DNA from: Smithellaceae bacterium
GTDB taxonomy: Bacteria; Desulfobacterota; Syntrophia; Syntrophales; Smithellaceae
DNA: 64,000 nt
Assembly (NCBI GenBank): GCA_963667845.2
Contig: CAXXVL010000002.1
Span: 1,344,001 to 1,408,000, forward strand
Direction: 5' to 3'
Below are positions 18,038 to 28,100 of this stretch, piece by piece (position 1 is the stretch's first letter; each line of letters starts with the position of its first letter). The notes below the pieces were generated by a model that was given only the letters and a program-made list of their open reading frames with translations, was not told where the DNA came from and ran no database searches. Both the position numbers and the translations under genes were made by a program.

Positions 18038-18808
18038 GAAATATTTTCTTCTAAATGCGCTTATGATTAGATTTCAGAGATAGGCGTGTAATATCAAGAT
18101 ATTGATAGTCAAGTCAAATCACGCGTGAGTCCGCCACTCGTAACTAATTCTCCAATTATCGACATTTCGACAATTCCATTAAAATTGCTGAATACGTGAA
18201 TGCACAAAAGTCCTTCACATCTCTTTTATGGGCGCTTTCCAGATATTTCGAATTCTAAGAAAAAATGCTGCGTTTTGTAAGTGGAGTTACTATCTATTAC
18301 TGAGAACCTGGATATTTAGGCACCCCCGGGTTTGACGGATGCTCACCGCCTTCGGCGGTTCGCTCTCTGCTTCATGACTCCCTGATCCTTGCTGCCATGC
18401 ACGTTACAACAGGCCCACTCAGTCACACCCTTTGCATTCGCAAAGGTTGCGCCTTCGCTACCCTGTGCGTAGTTGACCGGCACCATGCAACGTCACGCCG
18501 CCTGCATGGCCCTGCAGGCGATCGCGCCGAGCATCGTGCCTTACTGCAATCTTGCTGCCATGCGCGTTTCTATGCGGTGTGGCACATGGTCGCATGCTCC
18601 ACTGCTTCAGCAACAAGCGTCCGTCCATGGTCGTTTTAAGGTTTGGTCGCCAGTTGCTTCATTCGTTCCACACGCTCTCAAGTGCCTGTCCATTTGATTC
18701 TGTTCTAAGCGGTACGCAACATTCGCCCAGGCGCATTCGCTGATTGGGCTCAGAGCGTTGCAATCCGATTTATCGTTCTATGAGGTATGGCAAGTCGTTC
18801 GCAGCGGC

Positions 18809-18890
18809 ACGTCGCATAAGGCGCCTTATGCAACATGGTTCTTTGACAAAGAACTTCCCGCTGCTCACTAAACATAACAAGTTATGCAAC
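18809..18890. other. dif-like 28-bp site plus two adjacent palindromes
   Basis: ACGTCGCATAA-GGCGCC-TTATGCAACAT; GTTCTTTG-A-CAAAGAAC; CATAAC-AA-GTTATG. Confidence 0.4.
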
Positions 18891-18936
18891 CTTGCCGTCT
18901 ATTATTAATAGATTTATTTCTTTACTGTAGTCGGCT

Positions 18937-19218
18937 CTATTTCTTTTTTGCTTTTAAAGTCTTTTTGAGGATTGTTACGCGCTCCTTGTATTTCTGAATC
19001 TGCTTTTCAATTTCCGCCGGTTTCTTCTTCGACCAGTTCAAATACATCGTCCGGGCCCTCGTGCATTCTCTGCAGTCGCCTTGATACCGCCGGTATAGCT
19101 CTCCGGTCTTGACTGACTCAAACTGTTTATCAGGATCGCCTTTTTTCAATATTGCACCGCACTTGCGGCACGTCGTCCGTAAATCCGTGTCTGTGTGATC
19201 GCGTCCTCTGATTCCCAT
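18937..19218 (-). CDS. Small Zn-ribbon/coiled-coil protein
   Basis: CRKC...CREC, basic helical C-terminus, SD AAGGAGG. Confidence 0.65.
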   Translation of the reverse strand: MGIRGRDHTDTDLRTTCRKCGAILKKGDPDKQFESVKTGELYRRYQGDCRECTRARTMYLNWSKKKPAEIEKQIQKYKERVTILKKTLKAKKK

Positions 19219-19703
19219 ACATGCCTCCTTTTTTCGGTCATATCAGTTGCCAAAAAGGAATGCCATGCAAAATGATTATGCAGATGTTCTTTGCTGCGCC
19301 GCTGCGTTGGCATTGCAGCGGGTTTGTTATCCCCCTGCCTCCCGTCCCGTCCGCCCCCGAGGGCTCCCCGTTTCTCAGCGCCTCTGATGCGCCTCCGCCC
19401 CTGCTTGCAACCTTCGGTTGCACAGTCGGCGCGCATCAAAGATCAATGGTTACGATTTGCACAGACTCCGGTAGACACACCACAATGCTTCGCCTGCACC
19501 AGGTTCGTCTGTAAAGGCGAGCATTGGGTAGACATACACTTTAACGGCCAGCATAGATTCCACCCCGGGAAACGCATTTTAACGAGCCAGGGACCATGTT
19601 TAAAGCAACTTCATGCCCCGCCTGATATTAAGTTCAACCGTGTCATGGGAATTGATTTTATTCTGTCTTCTTAATAAATATTTCTATTTTAGAAAGGAGA
19701 ATT

Positions 19704-20342
19704 ATGAATTACTACGCCAAAGCCATCGAAACAATTTATAAGGGGTATCGGTTTAGATGCAGGCTCGAAGCACGATGGGCCGTGTTCTTTGATGCGCTCG
19801 GTATGCCATTCGAATACGAAAAGGAAGGATTCGTTCTGAATGATGGCACAAAATATTTGCCGGATTTCTGGTTGCCTTCGTTAAAACTGTGGGTCGAGAT
19901 CAAGAGTGAGTTGAATTTCCTTGAATACGTAGTGCCGGATTTTTATAACGCTGCCTTATCAAGGATTGAAAAGTTATATTCCTGTCCGGAACTTAATTTG
20001 ATGCGGCGATTCAGGGATTGTCAGCCGTGGCCTGTTGCTTGTGTCGCCGGTCAGCCGGGCAAACACAAAATATGGTTCTTCGGATCGGATATGTCGAGCA
20101 GCAGTGCCGGCGAATATGAAGATAGCAATGCTCTTTGGTGCGTCGCCAATGGTCAGGTCACTTTGAACGTTCATATATCAAGTCCAGACCGCGAAATATA
20201 CGGAGATAGCTTGAATGGTCCTATGCTTGAACACTTCACGCTTGCCAGGGATCACAAATTCATTGTTGGACCGATCGAGGATGCACTGAAGAAAGCGCGC
20301 CAGGCGAGGTTCGAGCATGGCGAGAAGCCGGAGATTAAGTGA
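19704..20342 (+). CDS. Phage-type PD-(D/E)xK endonuclease-like protein
   Basis: FRCRLEARWAVFFD, YLPDFWL, VEIK motifs; SD AAGGAG. Confidence 0.75.
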   Translation: MNYYAKAIETIYKGYRFRCRLEARWAVFFDALGMPFEYEKEGFVLNDGTKYLPDFWLPSLKLWVEIKSELNFLEYVVPDFYNAALSRIEKLYSCPELNLMRRFRDCQPWPVACVAGQPGKHKIWFFGSDMSSSSAGEYEDSNALWCVANGQVTLNVHISSPDREIYGDSLNGPMLEHFTLARDHKFIVGPIEDALKKARQARFEHGEKPEIK

Positions 20343-20482
20343 TATTATCCAAAAGTTTTCAGATTAGGGCGCATCAATAAATATATTATGGCCCCTCAGG
20401 CCATGTCGCAGATTGCCAAGAATGAATGAGATAAGGTTTATACTCACCATTAAAACTCTCAATGCTGTTGCTTTGCTTCTCC

Positions 20483-22648
20483 TTATTTCAGATACGTAAT
20501 CTCTGCCCCCCGCATCATTCGGGCTTCTTGGACGCCAGCTTCGAGGGAAAAAGCGCCGCTTTCAAATTTCTGGAACATATCGAGACCTCGATCCAGAGAG
20601 ATTCTCCAGCCTGTATCCGTTTCCACGCTGCGGGCGTGAAAGTTTGGACTGTGGCTCAGTTCCCAGGAAAAACTCACACGGGAACCGGTGAAGGTTTCTT
20701 CAATCTGGGCGAAAAACTCTGCTTGTTTTTCGCATGTACCTGGATCGGATTGCGTTACCAGATGGACTTCCACCTCATCTCCTTCCGGTACCACCTCGTG
20801 GACCATTTGCAGAAATTCCATCAGGTTGCGAACCTGAAAGAAAAGCCGGATGTAAGGATCATGGACAATGATTCTTCTCGCACCGTGTAAGTGATCGGCG
20901 AAGATACGGCGATAACTCCAACCGCGGGCATTTTCAGGAATCGTCAAATGACCCTGAAAAGGCGCTGATGTTTGACCAACACCCGATGTTGTTTCACCTG
21001 CGGGAGTCGGGTTTGCTGAGACTGCTCCGGAGGATTCCTCTGCTCCGGCAGCCTGTTCAGTTCCCTCTTGCACCCCTTTCATGTCATCTTCTTTTGATGC
21101 CTCTCTGGTTGGTCTCCGGAAAAAAGCGGGATACTGTTCCTCTTCCGGCGTTAGAACCTCCTGAAGTTTCCCGTCTGATACACGGCGATAAACAAAATCA
21201 TGTGGTGCGAACGTGTCATCGATGCGCAGAATGTGCTCCCGAACCCGGCGGCGCTCCTCCATCGCGAACCGCAGCATTTCCTCACATTCCGCCTCACTGC
21301 ACTTACCATCCGGGTAGATAAGTTTCATCAGACCTGAAAAAGTTTTTTCGATGCCGGTCTCGTCGCGGGTGGACAATTCCGAAGCGATTTCCATGTGTGC
21401 CTTGTAGTTTCCCGTAAAATCTTCATTGCGCATGTGCTTGAGTATTTCTGCAAGGTAATCCACTATGAACCCGTACCCGGATGAGAAAAGCTCGCTGCTT
21501 ATAACGGGGGACTCCCAGCCCGGGCTGTATGCATGGATGCGATCCAAGAAGGCAGAGTCAATATATTGCTCTGGAAGTGGTTCAAAGAAATGGGAATGCT
21601 TGAGCATGTAAGGGACGGATTTCTTCGTGTTGCCCATGAAGACCATTGAGGCTTCGGCGCTCAATTGTTCGATACCGCGAGAAAAGGATTTGTTGGCCAT
21701 ATAGTTCTTCATAATGTCCACAAGGGCCTTGTCCACCTTTTTGTCCTTGCCCGCGAACTCGTCAAAGCAGATACAGTCCCAGTAACCCACAAGGCCGATA
21801 CGACCGTTAGAGTTGTTTACGAAGAGTTTCGGCGCTGAAACCTCGGAACCGGAAATGAGGATGCCGTTCGGAGAAAACTCAGCGTAGATGTGAGATTTTC
21901 CCGTTCCTTTCGGCCCCAGCTCGATGAGATTGTAATTGTGTTCACAGTAAGGAATAAGGCGGAGGAGAAATAGGAAGATTGCCCGGCGGCTCAGGACCTC
22001 CGGGTTGAAACCGATAGTCTGCATCAGGACGCCCAGCCATTCATTCGATGTGAAATGGCTGCGGGCTTTTACGAACTCATCGAAATCGATTCGTGAAACC
22101 TGAATCGGTTTAATCGCGTCAATTTGCCAAGGGCTTGATTTCCGGTCTTCCGTAACCTCATAGTTTAAATCTATAATAGACCAGATGCCGCCAACAAGAA
22201 GTTTAGGATGGCGGCGAACGAAATCATCCGGAACAGGCACCTTTGTCAGTCCAAGATTAGAAAACTTAGCTTCGTAATAGCCACCCTTATCATTCAACTC
22301 GACAGTTACTTTGTCGATGATCTTGTGGTTCCTCTTTTCTTTGATTGTGGATTTCACAAGTTCTGACTGGTTCCGGTACACATAGTGCTTTGCCAGTATC
22401 TTCCTGACGCTTTCCATTCCGGCCTCCAGCGCTGCGGGATCGTCGGTGGCACAATGCTGTCCCAGAAGATATTCTAGGACATAGGTGGGGACAATTGCGT
22501 TCTGCTTGAGTCCCTTGGTCAGGTCTTTGCGAACCACCAATCCCGGAAAATATTTAAGGATCTTTCGATCAAGAGCGCTGAGCTTGGCTGCTGTCAGATC
22601 CAAAGGCGCTGGTGTTTCGTCCGCATTCGGCAAAGGTTCATCATTCAT
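20483..22648 (-). CDS. brxL: BREX protein BrxL, variant with C-terminal MIT_C (PLD-like) domain
   Basis: VVRKDL, ELGPKGTGKS, FDE, AFLDRIH core; C-terminal DPYIR...HARS...LDRGLD. Confidence 0.9.
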   Translation of the reverse strand: MNDEPLPNADETPAPLDLTAAKLSALDRKILKYFPGLVVRKDLTKGLKQNAIVPTYVLEYLLGQHCATDDPAALEAGMESVRKILAKHYVYRNQSELVKSTIKEKRNHKIIDKVTVELNDKGGYYEAKFSNLGLTKVPVPDDFVRRHPKLLVGGIWSIIDLNYEVTEDRKSSPWQIDAIKPIQVSRIDFDEFVKARSHFTSNEWLGVLMQTIGFNPEVLSRRAIFLFLLRLIPYCEHNYNLIELGPKGTGKSHIYAEFSPNGILISGSEVSAPKLFVNNSNGRIGLVGYWDCICFDEFAGKDKKVDKALVDIMKNYMANKSFSRGIEQLSAEASMVFMGNTKKSVPYMLKHSHFFEPLPEQYIDSAFLDRIHAYSPGWESPVISSELFSSGYGFIVDYLAEILKHMRNEDFTGNYKAHMEIASELSTRDETGIEKTFSGLMKLIYPDGKCSEAECEEMLRFAMEERRRVREHILRIDDTFAPHDFVYRRVSDGKLQEVLTPEEEQYPAFFRRPTREASKEDDMKGVQEGTEQAAGAEESSGAVSANPTPAGETTSGVGQTSAPFQGHLTIPENARGWSYRRIFADHLHGARRIIVHDPYIRLFFQVRNLMEFLQMVHEVVPEGDEVEVHLVTQSDPGTCEKQAEFFAQIEETFTGSRVSFSWELSHSPNFHARSVETDTGWRISLDRGLDMFQKFESGAFSLEAGVQEARMMRGAEITYLK

Positions 22649-25136
22649 CGAAATCACTCCCAAATGGTTTCTGCAATCTTAGTGTGTAGCTTCTGTAAAC
22701 GACGGACTGACTGGTCCCCGGCAGCGTCTCCTCCATGCGCAATTCAATCTCCTGATTATTGCAATCGTCTGCGTTCCTGGAAAGAGCAAGAACAATCGTC
22801 GTTTCTCTCCGTCTGGCTTCGCTGTCGGAGGAGTCAAAGGAAACAGCGCGTACCTCAGACAAAGGCGCTCCCTCTTTGGAGAACAGCCCTATCCGAAGCT
22901 GCCGGGCAAGAATCTTGTCATCAATCGGCTGCTCCTGATAAAGAGCGAAACTGGCTTGGCCGGTCGTAATTTTAGACGGCAGCCGGAGAACGTCCACCTC
23001 GACACGGCTTGTGTCACTGGCGCGCGCCTTATGGATACGTAGCACGGGCACAACGATTTCCTGGAGTGCTGTACCGCCATGAACGTAGCGTTTTCCGGAC
23101 CCTTGCAAAGGGAAACGGCCAAGCGACAGGGGAAAGGCAACCGTCCACTCCCCGGTCCAACCAAGATCAGCAGCCTGAAAGAGCTTCACACCCGGACCGT
23201 TTTGAACATGGTTGCCCATCGCAAAACGCCGGCTGCGGTATGTCCATTCAACCGCCTGCGGCAGGGTCGCCATATCGGCTTCTGCCACAGCCTCCTGCTG
23301 AAAGAGGAAACCATGATCCGACGTCAAGATCATATTCGATGCGTTGATGTTAGCGATTTTTTTCATAATTTTCATCAGCTCGCCAAAGGCGCGTTCGACC
23401 GCTTCCACGGTCTGAGCTTCCGTAGAAACGGAGTCGCCCACGGCGTCGATTGCGTTGTGATAGATATAGACCACGTCGTGATCGCGCATCAGGGCGCGTC
23501 CCTCAGTCTTGGTGTTTAGTTCCAGAAACTGTTCGGCCTGCAGGGCGATGCCTCTTCCATTTAACTTGGCCTTCACAATCTCGCTGCGGTTTTGTGTTCC
23601 TATGGTACTGCCGCCGTCCAGAGTCACATTGCCTGTCGTCGCGTCTATTTCACGGGTCTTGCCGGGAAGAAGCGCCGCCATCCCAAGCTGTGTGTAGGAA
23701 GGCAGCGCACCGAGCATTGCCTCCACATCGCATGTCCACCGATCCTCATTTCTCAGCAAGGCGGCAAATTCACAGGCTGCTTCATAGCGTAGAGCGTCGG
23801 AGATCACCACAAAGACCTTCTGACCTCTTTCCAAAAAAGGCTGCACGTAGCGATCAAAAAATATTGTTTGCGGGGAAAGCGCGTCTGACGACCACCGCGT
23901 CAGTTCCCGGATTCGGTCGCTCCAGCGGTCGGTCAGGGGAAGAAGAAAATTATTCACATAGGTTTTTTCCACCCAGGTGGTTATCTGCCCCATCAAATGG
24001 GTCTGCGCATAGGCACGCTGATGGAACCAGAACCGGCGGTAGGCCATGTCGATCCGCCACCAACTTCGGGTGTAACGGGTAAGACCTTCATTCAAGGTGC
24101 CCACACTCAGCTCTGCCCCTGCAACCAGCTCCCGCATTTCGATAGCATGCTCCAGCGCTCGATAACCCTGCTCATGATTCGGATACCAGAACGAGCGGCG
24201 GCGGCGCTGAATAATTGAGAGGATTGCTTCCTTGTCGGCGCCCGTCTCGAATGAACGGCAAAGCGAATGAATGACCTTCTTCTCGAAAACGGGAAACTCA
24301 TCTGCATCCAGAATGATGGCAATGTCTGCAAGCGATTCCAACCGGGCTTCGACGTGCAGATCTGCCTCCATGCGGGCAGACCAATGTTTGAATGTATCCG
24401 CGTGACTCTGGCTATCCTTCCATCTCTGAAGAAATACCCGTCCGTGGGAATTCAACGAGGCCGAAGTCTCCAATGGATTGGCCCCCCGGAAAAGGCTCAC
24501 GACAAAATCGACAAGCGACGGTTCAGCAGCCGTGTAATTGAAAAGCGGCGCTGCCGCCTTCCAAAAGTCGCCTACCAATTCAGCCGGACCCAGCGCTTCC
24601 GTGACGGGGTCGAACAGCGATGCCCGGGTTGCTTCCCTGAGGAAATGTAGAAGTAAAGCGTCCACGTCAGGAGTGGTTCCTGTCAGGACGGCCATCATCT
24701 TCAAGCGGACAGCGTCGGCATCATCGTCCTTGTCCAGGATTCCCCGCAGGGCCTCGATGTGTTTTTGTGCATTGAAAAAGTCAAGATGCTGTTCGACGAC
24801 AGGATGGAAGTCATAGGAAAGGCCGGTGTCCTGCAAAGCCAAAGAGGCACGGTCCGCCTTGAATTCATGACCCTGCAAAAGCAGGTCAAGAAGCCAGTTA
24901 TCCGCATCGCTTGGGCGGGGACTGGGGCAATAAACCAGAAATCGCATATTCCTGTCCGGATGGCGCAGGATGCGCACCTTAACGCCGAACTCGTTGTTCT
25001 CGACGCGCACCATTTCCACACCATCGGCGGTGAAAGCCTCAAATTCCTTCTTCCAATCACCTGTGTCGTCATACCAGAAAACAAGGCGATGCCGGCCAAG
25101 AACCTGACGAAGGCTATCGTGGATGCGTTTCATCAA
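22641..25136 (-). CDS. pglZ: BREX-1 phosphatase PglZ
   Basis: ISDALRYE, PSYTQLGMAALLP, SDHGF, YVHGG. Confidence 0.95.
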   Translation of the reverse strand: MMKRIHDSLRQVLGRHRLVFWYDDTGDWKKEFEAFTADGVEMVRVENNEFGVKVRILRHPDRNMRFLVYCPSPRPSDADNWLLDLLLQGHEFKADRASLALQDTGLSYDFHPVVEQHLDFFNAQKHIEALRGILDKDDDADAVRLKMMAVLTGTTPDVDALLLHFLREATRASLFDPVTEALGPAELVGDFWKAAAPLFNYTAAEPSLVDFVVSLFRGANPLETSASLNSHGRVFLQRWKDSQSHADTFKHWSARMEADLHVEARLESLADIAIILDADEFPVFEKKVIHSLCRSFETGADKEAILSIIQRRRRSFWYPNHEQGYRALEHAIEMRELVAGAELSVGTLNEGLTRYTRSWWRIDMAYRRFWFHQRAYAQTHLMGQITTWVEKTYVNNFLLPLTDRWSDRIRELTRWSSDALSPQTIFFDRYVQPFLERGQKVFVVISDALRYEAACEFAALLRNEDRWTCDVEAMLGALPSYTQLGMAALLPGKTREIDATTGNVTLDGGSTIGTQNRSEIVKAKLNGRGIALQAEQFLELNTKTEGRALMRDHDVVYIYHNAIDAVGDSVSTEAQTVEAVERAFGELMKIMKKIANINASNMILTSDHGFLFQQEAVAEADMATLPQAVEWTYRSRRFAMGNHVQNGPGVKLFQAADLGWTGEWTVAFPLSLGRFPLQGSGKRYVHGGTALQEIVVPVLRIHKARASDTSRVEVDVLRLPSKITTGQASFALYQEQPIDDKILARQLRIGLFSKEGAPLSEVRAVSFDSSDSEARRRETTIVLALSRNADDCNNQEIELRMEETLPGTSQSVVYRSYTLRLQKPFGSDFDE

Positions 25137-28100
25137 TCCTCCTCCTTGGCTGCCAGGCCGGGAATTGGGGCAAGGGCTTTGCCGAATTTGAGATAGTTGA
25201 CCTTCACACCGTCATCAAGGTCCAGTTCGATTCGCTGCTGGGCGAGGGGCAGGATAATCTCCCGCTCGTACTCTTCGCATTCGCGAAGAGTCTTCTTGAG
25301 GGCGTCGCTTTCCCTAAGGGCTGCCGTCTTTTCCCGGGCACTTTCGCTGGTGGCCTGAACGTGTTCCAAATGCTCAATGCGGGATTGGAGTTTGTGCAAG
25401 TAGTCTCTCAAATACCCGTTGAGCAGGACGTTTACAGTGTCGTGGGTGTAACGGTGCAGGTAAATGAGCGCGGAAAAACTCTTTTTTGGACTTTGAAACA
25501 GCCAATAGATGGGGCGCTTCTTGTAGGTCTGGAGATGGTCTTTGTAGAAGTCGGTCATGAAGTATTTGCGCAGGTCTTTGCCGAGGGATTCCTCGATAAA
25601 ACGAACATTCACCTCCAGCGTGGCCACGCCGAACGTTGCGCGGAGAAAGTCGCGTGTGCGGGCCACGATGTCGTCCTCGAACCATTCTCGGTCGAGTACC
25701 GGGATGACGCCATCGGCATCGGGCGTGAAAGTAAGCTGGTCAAACGGCTTGCCAATCTTGGAGAGGTAATGTTCCAAGGTGTCGCCTGCGTCGGCAAGGA
25801 TGAGGCCAGGATGGTCAAGTGAATAGCGGCCCATCATGCAGCCGACGGCATAGGCCAGGAAGGCCGCTATATCGCGGCGGGCATCGGCGCGGGCAAGGGT
25901 TATTTGCTCCTCGGGCACATCTGGCGTCAGCTCATCCTGTAAATCATAGGCATCGATGAAGAGCCGATTGTTCTCCGTCTCCAATTCCTGCATCTGGCGG
26001 ATGGCGGCGGTGTTCTGCGTCTCCCAATTTCGCCAGCTTGCCTCAAGCGTCGCTCCCTTCAACCCCGACCGCAGCAATGGCTGGTCGCTGAAGTCCCATG
26101 AGGTCTCGAAGTTGTCCCAGTCGGCGCGGGCGAGGGTTACGCAACTTTGTGTCTGCTTGGTGACTACAGCTTGGAAGCTGGCGTGGTTTCTTGGAAGCGG
26201 AACCTGCCTGATCGACCCCACATTGAAATCTACTGTCGCCGCCATAAATTCAAACAGCTTTCGTGCGACAACCGTATTCAAGAGCGCAAGGATGAAGAAA
26301 ACCTCAGATTGGGAAGGGAAACAACCTGCTCCTTTTGCACTGAATGTGAAGCCAGGTGGACTGTGCCGGGCGGAGAATAGCGATATTGATAACGCGGACC
26401 AAGTCACGCCTTCCCTGAAATAAAGGTTTCGCGATGGTAGACAATTCCCGCTCGTCAACAATACGTTGTAATTTTCTTCATCAAACGCGACGACATAGTC
26501 GTTGTTCCCATACCACTTCTGAAATTCGCCCCCTTTGTTATATGGAACCCATTTGATTTGTCCGCTGACATCGTCTTTGGTAGTAGCGTCATATTTTGAT
26601 TTTGAGTGCCCAACTTCGTGCCAGAAACGCATGAATCTATCGTTGTCTCCTGTTTGGAAGCCCTGCCGCACAATCCCCACATCTTCGATGATTTGAGAAT
26701 TACCGAATACCGCCGCAAGGGCTGGAGAAATCCAATAGGCAAAGATGTGAAAAGGCAGCGGTTGAAAACCGCTACAGTCGCAGTTGTGGATAGGATAATT
26801 GTTCCTATCGAAGAAATTGCTTTCCAGTTGGGCGTTGGACTGAACCTCGCTTGTCTTTTGGAAGAGACGGCGAAAGTGCGCCAATTTACTGCTCGGAAGG
26901 GAGTTTTTGATCGTAAAGGCACAACTCCCAAAGTCGGCACCCCATACGCCTCTGCCATTGTGGATCAAAGTTTGGACATTGATACCATAAATCAGTGATT
27001 CACGGAGATCAGCGAACGAAGAAAGAAACAGCCAATTTGGAATCGTGATCATTCCAATTTGCCCGTCGTCCAATGCTAGTCTGATATTTTGCTGGATATA
27101 GCACCCATAGAGGTCTGGATGTCCTTCACTATACGTTTTCTCAGTCATCCGCTTCAGTGGCCCGTTGAAGAATTTGCTCTTCATATAGGGTGGATTGGCC
27201 ACGACGACGTGATACCGCTGGGTGAGCATTTCAGCCTGATCAAAGGCGCGGAGGACCTTGCGGTGCGTTTCTTGACACAGGAGATCGTCGCCTGGGTTCA
27301 CCATTGCTAACCGGGATTTGAGAGTGGCGATTTCCGCTGCGCTCAGTAAAGGCTGGATCAGTGACCCGAATGTAGAAGTGTCCTCACGAAACTGGTGAAC
27401 TTGCCGCAAAACATTTTCCGAAAAGAGTTCGCGCAGGCCGGGCAGACGGAGGTAATCCGTCATCTCTTCTGAAGTGATCTTCACATCCTCCAGGCACATG
27501 ACCTGCGGCTGGATGGGTGTTCGGAACGCTAAACGGGATTTCTCGCGAGCCTTGCAGACAAGGGCAAACTGGGCAAGCTGGGTTGCCCGTGAACAGATTT
27601 CCAGGCCAAAGAGGTTATGGCGAAGAATGAGTCCGGGAATTTCGCCGGGTGCATGCCCTTCCTCCTCGTAAATAAGATAGAGAAGGTCAAATGAATATGT
27701 GAGCATGTGCCCGGAGCCAGTGGCCGGATCGAGCAAACGAATTTCCTCTGGTTTGGTGATTTTGAGAAAGTCGGTCTCGGGTTCGCCCTCGATGTAGTAG
27801 GGCATGTGCTTGCGGAGCGCAGAACCGGGACGATTCAGCAACCAGAGACGACCAAGGGAGTTCTCAACCAGGTATCGGACAATCCAGTGTGGCGTGAAGA
27901 GTTGGGTGACGGCGGGGATGTCCTCGACGGGTACAGGACTCTTACGAGCCATGACTTGGTCTTTCTTTTCCGCTATGTAAAACTGGTATAGCCAACCTAT
28001 GATCTCCACTTCGGCGCAATCGTCATCGGTAATATCATCGCGGAAGCCTTGCACAACGGAATGTTCGGTAAGGAGGTCATCAGGCAGGAGCAACTCCGTT

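Noticed and set aside
12706..18141. 10-bp inverted match ACGAGTGGCG flanking the IetAS and ParA modules
   Set aside because: Too short to exceed chance in 64 kb and does not extend
18397..18743. Three overlapping short ORFs in the hairpin tract
   Set aside because: Atypical composition and no RBS; better explained as GC-rich non-coding DNA
18340..18890. Bona fide integron cassette array
   Set aside because: No clear paired RYYYAAC/GTTRRRY boxes around ORFs and no recognisable IntI; kept only as an attC-like possibility
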